Sequence record: PX974237.1 | Direction: 5' to 3' (one strand) | DNA from: a phage | DNA: 44,742 nt | Part shown: in pieces, positions 1 to 7,566 of the stretch | Layout: every line of letters begins with the position of its first letter | How positions within the stretch are numbered: position 1 is the stretch's first letter | Translations under genes and position numbers: made by a program | The notes under the pieces: generated by a model | What the model was told of the DNA's origin: nothing | The model's input: the letters and a program-made list of their open reading frames with translations, nothing else | The model's database searches: none

Positions 1-127
1 ATCAAAGTCCCAGCAGTGTTTCATGATTAGGCGATCGAAAAGTCCACCGTTGTGCCACACCATCTTGATGCGGCTGTTGGGCTTAACAAGGCGGCGCAGT
101 GCGCGGTGTAAATCCCCCGGCATGTCG
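1..127. repeat. Terminal overlap: bases 1-127 are identical to 44616-44742 (circular assembly or terminal redundancy)
   Basis: Direct comparison of the first and last 127 bases of the window; exact match. Confidence 0.9.
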
Positions 128-285
128 CTGCCGTCGGTGCAATCCCATACCCGCACAGGTTCGTCGTCAAAAGCATATGTACAGATAAGCACTTCGGTTG
201 ACGGGTGTTCGGCGTAAGCGTAAGAACCGACTTTCTTCAAATCGGCTTCTGAGAATGTTTCAAAGTCTAAGAACAGGTAACTCAT
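1..285 (-). CDS. DNA polymerase family A, N-terminal part (3'-5' exonuclease domain); same gene as 42720..44742
   Basis: Minus-strand translation from ATG at 285-283 reads MSYLFLDFETFSEADLKKVGSYAYAEHP..., containing a DnaQ-like Exo I motif (LDFET); frame is continuous with the 42720..44738 ORF across the terminal overlap. Confidence 0.8.
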   Translation of the reverse strand, partial: MSYLFLDFETFSEADLKKVGSYAYAEHPSTEVLICTYAFDDEPVRVWDCTDGSDMPGDLHRALRRLVKPNSRIKMVWHNGGLFDRLIMKHCWDFD

Positions 286-302
286 TATTTTTGACCCCTA
301 GT

Positions 303-325
303 AAAAAGGCCCAATGAAGGGCCTT
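303..325 (-). terminator. Weak hairpin terminator between SSB gene and polymerase start
   Basis: Inverted repeat aaggccc-aatgaa-gggcctt followed on the minus strand by a short T run. Confidence 0.3.
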
Positions 326-344
326 AGTTAAATTGATTCAGATA

Positions 345-971
345 TTAGCGGCGGCGACGTTCGCGGCGCGGTGCTTCATCTTCTTCGTCGTCTTCCAGGT
401 CATTGACGCTCGCAGCGACTTTAGAACCGCCGAACGCTTTGCCTTCGCCAACGTATTTAATCGCCAGCAGGTTAACACCGAGGACTTTGTATTTCTGGCT
501 GAACCAGATTTCAACGCTTACGTTAGCGACGCAGCCGCTGTAAACCTGTTCACCTTCAATCTGTTCACCATCTACATTGAAGTCCTGTTCTACCTGAGTC
601 TCACCTTTTTTAGAGGTTACAATCAGTGGCTGTTTCTGAGCCTTCGCTTTGAAGTATAAGCCTTCCGGGAAGTCTTCAAACGGATTGTCGCGCTCGGCAA
701 TATCTTTAATCGCGCATTTGTCCATGTGCTTACCTTCGCCGTAGTTGGACTTCATCCATTTCTCGGCGGCGGCCGCACCTAACGCTTCTTCAACCACAGC
801 GTAAACAGTGTCGTATAGCGCATCGATTTGAGCATGGTCAGACGGCAGGATAATAGTCGCGCTGTACTGGCCTTTAGTGATTGAGCCATCATCGTTTTCA
901 CGGTCTTTTTCACGTTCAAATACGTTAACCCAAGCAGTGTTTACTTTACGCAGATTCAGTTTAATACCCAT
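345..971 (-). CDS. Single-stranded DNA-binding protein, T7 gp2.5-like (DUF2815-like)
   Basis: 208 aa; MGIKLNLRKVNTAWVNVFE N-terminus and acidic C-terminal tail DLEDDEEDE typical of gp2.5-type SSBs; adjacent to DUF2800-like nuclease and polymerase. Confidence 0.45.
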   Translation of the reverse strand: MGIKLNLRKVNTAWVNVFEREKDRENDDGSITKGQYSATIILPSDHAQIDALYDTVYAVVEEALGAAAAEKWMKSNYGEGKHMDKCAIKDIAERDNPFEDFPEGLYFKAKAQKQPLIVTSKKGETQVEQDFNVDGEQIEGEQVYSGCVANVSVEIWFSQKYKVLGVNLLAIKYVGEGKAFGGSKVAASVNDLEDDEEDEAPRRERRRR

Positions 972-1030
972 CTTAATTTCTCGCTTTTAAGTTTCGTTTA
1001 CTCCGGGAAGCTGCCCGGTCAGTGATTAGA

Positions 1031-1059
1031 ACTATAATAGCTAACTATTCAGGTGTCAA
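1031..1059 (-). promoter_or_regulatory. Sigma70-like promoter (TTGACA-17-TATAGT) of the replication-module family
   Basis: Minus-strand TTGACA (1059-1054), 17-bp spacer, TATAGT (1036-1031); spacer nearly identical to promoters at 3855-3883 and 42233-42261. Confidence 0.5.
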
Positions 1060-1248
1060 ATAAAATTTCGCAATACGGACTATGTTCTCGAAATCATTCA
1101 TATCAACGGGTTCGAATTCATCCTCCACATGGTTGTATCGCACCATCGTGCCGTTCAGGAACGTAAACGATTCCGAATGGATATAACCGCCCCAGCGCCA
1201 TATCATCACAAAATCTTTATCTGTGGGCATTTCATTTACTTGAATCAT
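1045..1248 (-). CDS. Hypothetical protein (67 aa)
   Basis: ORF in operon context, stop-start overlap with upstream gene. Confidence 0.4.
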   Translation of the reverse strand: MIQVNEMPTDKDFVMIWRWGGYIHSESFTFLNGTMVRYNHVEDEFEPVDMNDFENIVRIAKFYLTPE

Positions 1249-2501
1249 TCTAAATCCTCCTCTGTTACCCTATTCCACTCAGGACGTTTGTCGTCTGCCG
1301 TTGCGACACATGGTGCGCCTGGATTACGGGTAATGAAGTCTTTCAGTTCTTCTTCCGGTATGACTTTAACAGCTTCGGTAGGTGACATGAGCACTTCTTT
1401 AGTCAGCTTGTCGCCGTAGAGTTCTGTTACTTTCTCCGCGTCTTTCCATGCACGATTACCCGGGCGGCCTTCAACCAACTTGTAACCAGGAACTTTCTTA
1501 CCTGAATGCAACGCGGCCGCCATAGCTTTCTCAACCTTGTCGATGTGCTGGCGCAACAGCGGCAACTTCTCATACTCAGCTACGAGTTGCTCCGGCGTCA
1601 GTTCCAGCACAAAGTCGTCTTCCAGTTCTTCCGCCAGTACAGAATTAACCGTCTTTGTACGCGCAGCGCATTGTTCAGAGAACCGGCACCACTGACAACC
1701 ATCTACCGATGGCTTGAAGTCCGACGCTTTCAGGTTCTTCTTGCCACGGAAATACGCATCAAGCGCTAACAGCGCGCGTTTCTGTGCGAACTTAGCAAAC
1801 AGTTCCAGACCTTCAACTGAGATGTCCCACTCCGATGCACCGCCAGCATACGGCTGGAAGATTACCAGGCGCACTACTGTGATGTTATAACGTCGCTTGA
1901 GTCGACGATAAACACCGAGAGCGTAAAGCATAAGCTGTTTGTTTTCTTTCGCTTCGACACGATGCCGTCCTGTTTTCAGGTCGCCAATAATGAGCATGTG
2001 CTCTTCGGTGTTCGCCAGTTCCTGAATGGCAACAAGGTCGGCGGTTCCGAACGTCTCAACGCCTTCATACCCCGGATGCAATACCTCAGTAAGATTGACA
2101 CGCATTTCCAGCTTGGCGTAAGTCGCTACGTCTATAATCGCTTTGCAGTAGTCGGTGTACTTGCGCACCTGCTCAATCATGTCCGCCGTAATCAGTACCG
2201 CGCCTTTCATCGGGCTGATTAGCGCCTTAATCTGACCTTTGCCTTCATCCAGTACGTAAGCGCCGACTTCACGCTCCAACGGCAACGCAGTGCCGCGTAT
2301 ATAGGCGTTGAGATGGACCTCAGCTATGGTGTGCATGGCGGTCCCCGTAACGGCAGCTTTACCTGACGTGTTAGGAATATCTTTTTCACAGGCCAGTGAT
2401 GCACTGCACGTCAGCCACTTCTTAGCACCTGACGGCGACAATAAGGCGTGCACATCATTATTGCCACCGCGTTCTTTTAGAATCATGCTCTGTTCTCCCA
2501 C
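1245..2501 (-). CDS. PD-(D/E)XK exonuclease, DUF2800-like (Cas4/RecB-like with C-terminal Cys cluster)
   Basis: 418 aa; LSPSGAKKWLTC motif near N-terminus and CQWCRFSEQC cysteine cluster, as in DUF2800 phage exonucleases. Confidence 0.6.
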   Translation of the reverse strand: MGEQSMILKERGGNNDVHALLSPSGAKKWLTCSASLACEKDIPNTSGKAAVTGTAMHTIAEVHLNAYIRGTALPLEREVGAYVLDEGKGQIKALISPMKGAVLITADMIEQVRKYTDYCKAIIDVATYAKLEMRVNLTEVLHPGYEGVETFGTADLVAIQELANTEEHMLIIGDLKTGRHRVEAKENKQLMLYALGVYRRLKRRYNITVVRLVIFQPYAGGASEWDISVEGLELFAKFAQKRALLALDAYFRGKKNLKASDFKPSVDGCQWCRFSEQCAARTKTVNSVLAEELEDDFVLELTPEQLVAEYEKLPLLRQHIDKVEKAMAAALHSGKKVPGYKLVEGRPGNRAWKDAEKVTELYGDKLTKEVLMSPTEAVKVIPEEELKDFITRNPGAPCVATADDKRPEWNRVTEEDLE

Positions 2502-2755
2502 TGGTCAATTAAATGCCGTGTCTTGTGGTCGCAATGTAAGGCCCATCCATACATCGACTCGAAGACATAAAAGTCGGGCTTGGCGAATGTCGTGCGTTTA
2601 ATCCGCGACACGTGACGACCTATATCTTTAGCCCGCGGTACTTTGCCTAAGTACGCCATCTCTTCCATCTGGTGCGCACCGGACGGCGCACGCAACAGCC
2701 ACAACGCCTCTGTGCTATCCCGCCTGTCTACGGCGCGGTAGAGTTGGTAAATCAT
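2483..2755 (-). CDS. Hypothetical protein (90 aa)
   Basis: ORF overlapping the start of the downstream gene by 19 nt in the same operon. Confidence 0.4.
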   Translation of the reverse strand: MIYQLYRAVDRRDSTEALWLLRAPSGAHQMEEMAYLGKVPRAKDIGRHVSRIKRTTFAKPDFYVFESMYGWALHCDHKTRHLIDQWENRA

Positions 2756-2798
2756 ATTTCCGCCCCTCCGTTAAAGCGGCCCGAAGGCCGCCTGATAG

Positions 2799-3317
2799 TT
2801 ATTCTTCTTCGAAATACTTGTTCTTGATTGCTGTCAGGCGTTCCAGGTACTCAACCAGGTCTTCGTCTTTAATCGCGGCAATCTTCATCTTCTTACCTGT
2901 GAACTCTTCCAGCAGTTCATCAGAATCATCGCACGCGGCATCGATAGGACCTTCATTAATTGCATCGTCGATGGCCTGAATCTGGTCACGCAGAGACTTG
3001 TAATCGACTTCTTCTTTCTCTTCTTCCGGTTCTGGCGCAGGTTCCTCTACTTTAGCTTTACGCGGCTTGCGTTTTGGCTCCTCTTCTTCTGCCGGTTTAG
3101 TGTCAACTACGTCTTCACCTTCAACCGGGATTTCTTTTGTTGCCTCTTTTACAACAGTAGGCGTGATTGTTGCAGTTTCTGCGACACCACTGTCGACGTC
3201 TTTACCATATGGCGCCGTGATAGCCTTCGGCAGTTCAGTACGGCGTGCACTGTTCGCAGCAATCAGTTCATGTGCAACTACGAAACGTTCCAGTAATTTA
3301 ATAAATTGTTCTAACAT
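2799..3317 (-). CDS. Hypothetical acidic protein (172 aa)
   Basis: ORF with Glu/Pro/Lys-rich low-complexity centre; operon context. Confidence 0.5.
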   Translation of the reverse strand: MLEQFIKLLERFVVAHELIAANSARRTELPKAITAPYGKDVDSGVAETATITPTVVKEATKEIPVEGEDVVDTKPAEEEEPKRKPRKAKVEEPAPEPEEEKEEVDYKSLRDQIQAIDDAINEGPIDAACDDSDELLEEFTGKKMKIAAIKDEDLVEYLERLTAIKNKYFEEE

Positions 3318-3320
3318 GGT

Positions 3321-3824
3321 TCATTCTCCGTGATTTTTATGGAAGTTGAGTTTTATTTCTGCTTCTTTTCTTGCGAAAACAGCATCTTCAAATTTTGAAA
3401 AGTATCCTAAGTTGTAATTTGTACCTTTTTTGTATATGTACGCATACCACTTATTTTGCTTCCCCACCCAAGACACGCCAGTTACACCCGATGTGTTGTT
3501 CTTGTGCTTTGACCTGTTGTGCATATTCGATAGGTGGCAAACTTTTCTAAGATTAGAAGCTCGGTTATTCAGCCTATCATGGTCTATATGGTCCACTTCA
3601 TCACCCTCTTCGAGTTTATCTGTAGGGTTTAGAATATCCCATATTATTCTATGCACAGGCGTAAGAACCCCGTCTAATCTTACCATTCTATAGCCGCATG
3701 TTTTTGCTAAACACCCCGCTTCATCCCCCGGCCGAACCTTCCCCTTCTTTACAGCCCATCGAAGTATGCCGGTTTCAGGTGAGTAGATGAACTGACCTGT
3801 TTTAATGTTTTTCGTTTCCTCCAT
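3321..3824 (-). CDS. HNH homing endonuclease with AP2 DNA-binding domain
   Basis: 167 aa; HIDHDRLNNRASNLR HNH motif followed by AP2-like segment GVSWVGKQNKWYAYIYKKGTNYNLGYFSKFEDAVFARKEAE. Confidence 0.8.
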   Translation of the reverse strand: MEETKNIKTGQFIYSPETGILRWAVKKGKVRPGDEAGCLAKTCGYRMVRLDGVLTPVHRIIWDILNPTDKLEEGDEVDHIDHDRLNNRASNLRKVCHLSNMHNRSKHKNNTSGVTGVSWVGKQNKWYAYIYKKGTNYNLGYFSKFEDAVFARKEAEIKLNFHKNHGE

Positions 3825-3854
3825 TTTGACTCTCCTCTCGTTTGGTATGGGCTA

Positions 3855-3883
3855 ACTATAATAGCGAACTATTCACATGTCAA
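3855..3883 (-). promoter_or_regulatory. Sigma70-like promoter (TTGACA-17-TATAGT), replication-module family
   Basis: Minus-strand TTGACA (3883-3878), 17-bp spacer, TATAGT (3860-3855); about 30 nt upstream of the HNH start. Confidence 0.5.
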
Positions 3884-3887
3884 TGGG

Positions 3888-3916
3888 CTTTTCTAAAATA
3901 ATTAATATGGTACTAT
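3888..3916 (+). promoter_or_regulatory. Candidate promoter for the XRE-type HTH gene (-10 TACTAT, weak -35)
   Basis: TACTAT at 3911-3916 followed by the conserved TCAC motif seen downstream of the early promoters; -35 is poor. Confidence 0.35.
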
Positions 3917-3947
3917 TCACATATCAACTGACTAAGGAGTAACTGAC

Positions 3948-4163
3948 ATGCAACCATCTGAACTAGGCACCCGTGTAGAACAACGCCGTAAAGAACTCGG
4001 CATCTCCCAGCGCCGTTTGGCGGCCCTGACCGGCGTTTCCCAGGGCGCGATTAACCAACTGGCACTTGGAGTAACTCAGGACGTCCGCCCGGCAACGCTG
4101 TTCAAACTGGCGGAAGTTCTGGAAGTAGACGCCAAGTGGCTGGCGTTCGGTGAAGGGGCTTAA
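3948..4163 (+). CDS. XRE-family helix-turn-helix transcriptional regulator
   Basis: 71 aa; GISQRRLAALTGVSQGAINQLALG HTH motif; RBS AAGGAG upstream. Confidence 0.75.
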   Translation: MQPSELGTRVEQRRKELGISQRRLAALTGVSQGAINQLALGVTQDVRPATLFKLAEVLEVDAKWLAFGEGA

Positions 4164-4179
4164 AGCCCCTTTCTTTTTA
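4154..4179 (+). terminator. Rho-independent terminator
   Basis: Hairpin aggggct-taa-agcccct followed by tttcttttt. Confidence 0.6.
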
Positions 4180-4180
4180 C

Positions 4181-6421
4181 CTATTCCAAATCCTCCTCTG
4201 TCACCACCAGCATCTCATTTGGTTCGTATAGTGTCTTCGGCCTTAATCTATCCCCTATTCTTTCGGGTATACGATATGTTCTCGGTACTACTTCGCCGTT
4301 AGCATCGCAACCAAGCATTAGTTCTCCATCTTTCAACATTTTATCAAGATGGGTGTTAGTCACAGAGAAGTCACCGGAACGAGCCACTATCTGCTGCTGA
4401 GTAAAACCGCGACCTGTGTCATCTGACTGTTGCAGGTCTTCCAGTGCCGAAAGTATTGACTCCTTCCTTACTTCATCCCTGCCGCGTTTAACTTCTTCCT
4501 TTACTTTTTGCTTACCTTCTTTCGTCAACCCTTCTTCCCGCTCTTTCTCCTCGTCAGTTTTGAACGGCTCGAAACCCCACGGCATCAACACAAGCGCCTT
4601 GTGTGGTTCAGGAAGGTCCAGGTTTACGATTGTGCCGTATTCTTCTGTGCCCCCCAGGAACTCAACCGCACGGTACTCTTTCGGCGGCGGAGCTTCGCGG
4701 AACTGCACAGACTCCAGCACCATGCCAACCGTTTTCTGTTGAGGACCGTGCTTAAATTTCGAGTGGTATACGTTTATTTGACGGTCGGTTGCACGTTCAA
4801 TCGTCAGTTCCACGTCGACACCCGCATACAATGCTCCACTGCCGCGGGCTTTCTTTCCGCCCTTCGGAGTATGGTGAACGACACCGACAGCGGCTTTAGT
4901 TGCATCGCGCACTTCTTTCAGGATGGCGATAACTTTACCCATACCGATTGTCGTTGATGAACTGTTCTCGTCGAACTTATCAATCGTCAGGGCCAGCGTC
5001 TGGTTAAGGGTGTCGAAGGCAACCATGCCAATAGGTTCATCCCCTGCGGTTTCGCGCATCCTGCGGATTAGAGCTGGAATTTTTTTATCACCATGCGTAG
5101 CGAGTATTTCGCCTATATCGATGACATGTACATAATCTTTACCTTCCTCGCCATATTTAGCCGCGAGCGCATCGATACGTGTGCGTGTAGCTGCACCACC
5201 TTCACCATCAATATAGAAATGGTGGCAACGCTGGGTATCCGCCCCCGCAAACCTGTACCCGGCGGCGCTGAGGTACATCATCCCCAGCGTATAGAACGAT
5301 TTGTACGTGCCAGACTCACCGACGATATCCCAGATACAATCCGACGGCATGTACCCCTCAACGACGAAATCAGCCTTTACCGGCTCCGGTAACTCGTCCT
5401 CCTCTGAGTCCTCGTCGTCTTCCAGGTCGTCGAGGCTGCAAGTTACAGGCTCCTCGTTCTCTGTGCGGTGCAGTTCTTCAATCTCTTCATCCGGTAAATC
5501 AGGCAGAGCCGCACGAATGCTGTTAATACTGATAGGTTGCTTGTCTACGTTAAGCTCGTCTGGCAGGCCGCACATACGCAGGGCCAAATGCTGTCGGCGG
5601 TTAAGCTCGGTGCAAGCGCCGTTGTTTGTATGCTGGCACACAAAGCGCACTTCTTTACCATCAAGCATGATGCTTGTGGAGCCTTTGCCTGTATGCAGAT
5701 GTTCGTTAGGGCATGGGACTTCGTACCCGCGCCCGGAAGATAAAGCGTCAAGGCCAAGCTCGGCTTCGCAGAAATGCGCTATATCCGCGTTAAGCCCATG
5801 CTCATCAGCGGCAAGTGTTTTAGCCTCACGCTTACGCAACCCCATCTCTTCGGCTTTCTTGATGTACCGCTCAGCACGGATAACACGCCCTTCTGTAACC
5901 GTTATCTTCGACTCTTTATGCGGCAGGTAGATAAGGCGGTTGCCGTCTTCTGTGCAGTGGTCGCGCAACGCTTCGTCTATTTCTAACTCTGCACAAATAG
6001 CACGTTGCACCATCCACGCGTCGTTAGAGTTAAACGGCGTGCGAGCTGGAACCAGAACGCGGAAAGCGTAATCTCCGTTTTTACATGCGTGCTGATGCGA
6101 TGCCGTTGTGTGCAGAATATTGAAGAACGGCGCGTTCTTGAATTTGCGTGTCAGGTCGCGGTACTGAGTACGGTTGAGATGGTCGAAATCGAACTTAACC
6201 ACACTGTCTTCCAGGATAGCGTTTTTACGGCGACCACCAACAGGCGCAATAGCTTTCTGTTTAATCTTGGCAGCGTCGTACTCTTCCTTAGTCCATGACG
6301 GGTCCACGGATAAACGCTTCGATGTATCGCAGACATACTCGACAAACTGCTCCAGCGGCATTTCACGCGCTACAGGGTTTTTATCGAATGTGTTACGCAG
6401 CGTTGCAAAAACAATATTCAT
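4181..6421 (-). CDS. Replicative primase-helicase (N-terminal primase-like domain, zinc-binding segment, C-terminal RecA-like DnaB/RepA-type ATPase)
   Basis: 746 aa; Walker A-like GESGTYKS, VHHTPKGG motif typical of RepA/DnaB-like helicases, N-terminal DFDH and SHQH motifs reminiscent of AEP primases, Cys/His cluster CPNEH...C. Confidence 0.65.
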   Translation of the reverse strand: MNIVFATLRNTFDKNPVAREMPLEQFVEYVCDTSKRLSVDPSWTKEEYDAAKIKQKAIAPVGGRRKNAILEDSVVKFDFDHLNRTQYRDLTRKFKNAPFFNILHTTASHQHACKNGDYAFRVLVPARTPFNSNDAWMVQRAICAELEIDEALRDHCTEDGNRLIYLPHKESKITVTEGRVIRAERYIKKAEEMGLRKREAKTLAADEHGLNADIAHFCEAELGLDALSSGRGYEVPCPNEHLHTGKGSTSIMLDGKEVRFVCQHTNNGACTELNRRQHLALRMCGLPDELNVDKQPISINSIRAALPDLPDEEIEELHRTENEEPVTCSLDDLEDDEDSEEDELPEPVKADFVVEGYMPSDCIWDIVGESGTYKSFYTLGMMYLSAAGYRFAGADTQRCHHFYIDGEGGAATRTRIDALAAKYGEEGKDYVHVIDIGEILATHGDKKIPALIRRMRETAGDEPIGMVAFDTLNQTLALTIDKFDENSSSTTIGMGKVIAILKEVRDATKAAVGVVHHTPKGGKKARGSGALYAGVDVELTIERATDRQINVYHSKFKHGPQQKTVGMVLESVQFREAPPPKEYRAVEFLGGTEEYGTIVNLDLPEPHKALVLMPWGFEPFKTDEEKEREEGLTKEGKQKVKEEVKRGRDEVRKESILSALEDLQQSDDTGRGFTQQQIVARSGDFSVTNTHLDKMLKDGELMLGCDANGEVVPRTYRIPERIGDRLRPKTLYEPNEMLVVTEEDLE

Positions 6422-6546
6422 TTCTTTTTCTCCGCACGTTCTAAGGCTTCCTGCATACGGCGCATTGCGCGGTTCATCTTTACCGGCGCGAAGAAATCGG
6501 CGCCGTGTTTCTGTCGGCGCAGCTGTGGAACTATTAACTTCGTCAT
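6418..6546 (-). CDS. Small basic protein (42 aa), translationally coupled to primase-helicase
   Basis: ATG with AAGGA RBS 8 nt upstream; stop overlaps primase-helicase ATG (ATGA). Confidence 0.3.
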   Translation of the reverse strand: MTKLIVPQLRRQKHGADFFAPVKMNRAMRRMQEALERAEKKK

Positions 6547-6615
6547 TGTATAATCCTTGTGCTTACTTTGATGATTTGTGCTTTGGCCCCGACGTTCTTG
6601 CGTTGGGGTTTCTTT

Positions 6616-6906
6616 TTACCGTTTAGCCAACCCTTCCAGCAAATTTTTATACTCTTCAAAATATTCCTCGACCAAATCATCGCCGAAATAGAAGTCGATA
6701 TACTCGAGATTATCTCTTACGTTAAGCGATGCCGACATGGTGCTTAGTTGGCGTAAGCTAATTAGCTTCATTTCTGTTTCTACGCAGAAAGGCCGGTAGG
6801 TATCAAGATGGCAAGAGATATTGAAGCATAAAGCGAACTCTCCGGCCACGGAGTGAACCATATACACTTCGTTTTCTGCTTTATTGTGGAAAATTACGCC
6901 TTTCAT
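6616..6906 (-). CDS. Hypothetical protein (96 aa)
   Basis: ORF; start overlaps stop of upstream HTH gene. Confidence 0.4.
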   Translation of the reverse strand: MKGVIFHNKAENEVYMVHSVAGEFALCFNISCHLDTYRPFCVETEMKLISLRQLSTMSASLNVRDNLEYIDFYFGDDLVEEYFEEYKNLLEGLAKR

Positions 6907-7085
6907 TTCACGTTCTCCTTAATCCATGCTTCGACTTTATTACGGTCAAATGTTCCCGGTAAACGGCGGCCCATAACCTTAATACAGCAGTCAGGGAATT
7001 TGCCGCTGCGCAACCAGTTATTAATGGTCTGACGTGTCACCCCGATACGTTCAGCTACTTCATTCTGCGTCATATAATGCGACAT
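6903..7085 (-). CDS. Small HTH DNA-binding protein (putative transcriptional regulator)
   Basis: Start placed at internal ATG (7085-7083) with AGGAGAT RBS; MSHYMTQNEVAERIGVTRQTINNWLRSGKFP helix-turn-helix; divergent from the early operon. Confidence 0.55.
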   Translation of the reverse strand: MSHYMTQNEVAERIGVTRQTINNWLRSGKFPDCCIKVMGRRLPGTFDRNKVEAWIKENVK

Positions 7086-7116
7086 TTTTATATCTCCTGT
7101 TTGTTTGGTGAAACTG

Positions 7117-7145
7117 AGTATAGGATAGCGGGAATGTAAAAGCAA
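7117..7145 (-). promoter_or_regulatory. Sigma70-like promoter (TTGCTT-17-TATACT) for the leftward HTH operon
   Basis: Minus-strand -35 at 7145-7140 and -10 at 7122-7117 with 17-bp spacer. Confidence 0.45.
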
Positions 7146-7182
7146 CCAATCTCTGTAATATTTAATCTTTACAAAAATGTTA

Positions 7183-7212
7183 TTGAAAGTTCTTGACACA
7201 TGTTTGTATAAT
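7183..7212 (+). promoter_or_regulatory. Strong sigma70-like promoter (TTGAAA-18-TATAAT)
   Basis: TTGAAA at 7183-7188, TATAAT at 7207-7212. Confidence 0.5.
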
Positions 7213-7237
7213 GGTTTTGGGACTTGTATATATTACG

Positions 7238-7274
7238 GAGTTGACGAACCCTCCCCGAGGGATTCGTCAACTCC
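7238..7274 (+). promoter_or_regulatory. Long perfect inverted repeat (hairpin or operator)
   Basis: ggagttgacgaaccctc-ccc-gagggattcgtcaactcc: 17-bp stem with one bulge and a 3-nt loop. Confidence 0.5.
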
Positions 7275-7411
7275 TCCCAGACAGCTGAGATGCTTGCCTT
7301 GGGGTTTATGGATAAGTGTATCTAAATCTCATTTAAAGAAGTAACCCGCTGAAATATCTACTGTTTCTTAATGTGCCGTAGATTCGCAACCGTAAAAATG
7401 TAACGATTATT

Positions 7412-7438
7412 GGGCAGGCTTAAGCCTGCCCTTTAGTT
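7412..7438 (+). terminator. Terminator-like hairpin
   Basis: gggcaggc-ttaa-gcctgccc followed by tttagtt. Confidence 0.45.
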
Positions 7439-7503
7439 ACCAAGTAATAAGAATAAAGGCACAACCCTCCCCGAAGAATCACAACGGCAACGTAACTAAT
7501 CTC

Positions 7504-7532
7504 TTGCACACCCCAACATAATAGGATACTAT
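7504..7532 (+). promoter_or_regulatory. Early promoter (TTGCAC-17-TACTAT), conserved family
   Basis: TTGCAC 7504-7509, TACTAT 7527-7532; about 38 bp near-identical to minus-strand promoters at 19051-19079 and 29089-29117. Confidence 0.55.
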
Positions 7533-7566
7533 TCACTTATCGAAACGAGACATAAGGAATTTAGAA

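Larger units (their letters stand above)
7220..7438 (+). ncRNA. Candidate non-coding transcript (about 220 nt) between promoter and terminator; no credible ORF
   Basis: Bounded by promoter 7183-7212 and hairpin plus T tract 7412-7438; longest ORFs are about 10 codons; contains a 17-bp-stem hairpin. Confidence 0.25.

Noticed and set aside
23-217. 64-aa plus-strand ORF at the window start
   Set aside because: Lies antisense inside the well-supported N-terminal exonuclease domain of the DNA polymerase; no RBS
5301-5930. 209-aa plus-strand Ser-rich ORF
   Set aside because: Antisense within the primase-helicase gene; extreme Ser/Arg bias indicates a non-coding frame
3948-7085. Lysogeny module (repressor plus integrase)
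   Set aside because: Two HTH genes are present but no integrase, excisionase or recombinase was found in any frame, so the phage is treated as virulent
7193-7212. TTGACA and TATAAT hexamers that look like a perfect promoter
   Set aside because: They are only 8 bp apart, so TTGACA cannot serve as the -35 for this -10; the upstream TTGAAA at 7183-7188 gives a workable 18-bp spacer and was used instead
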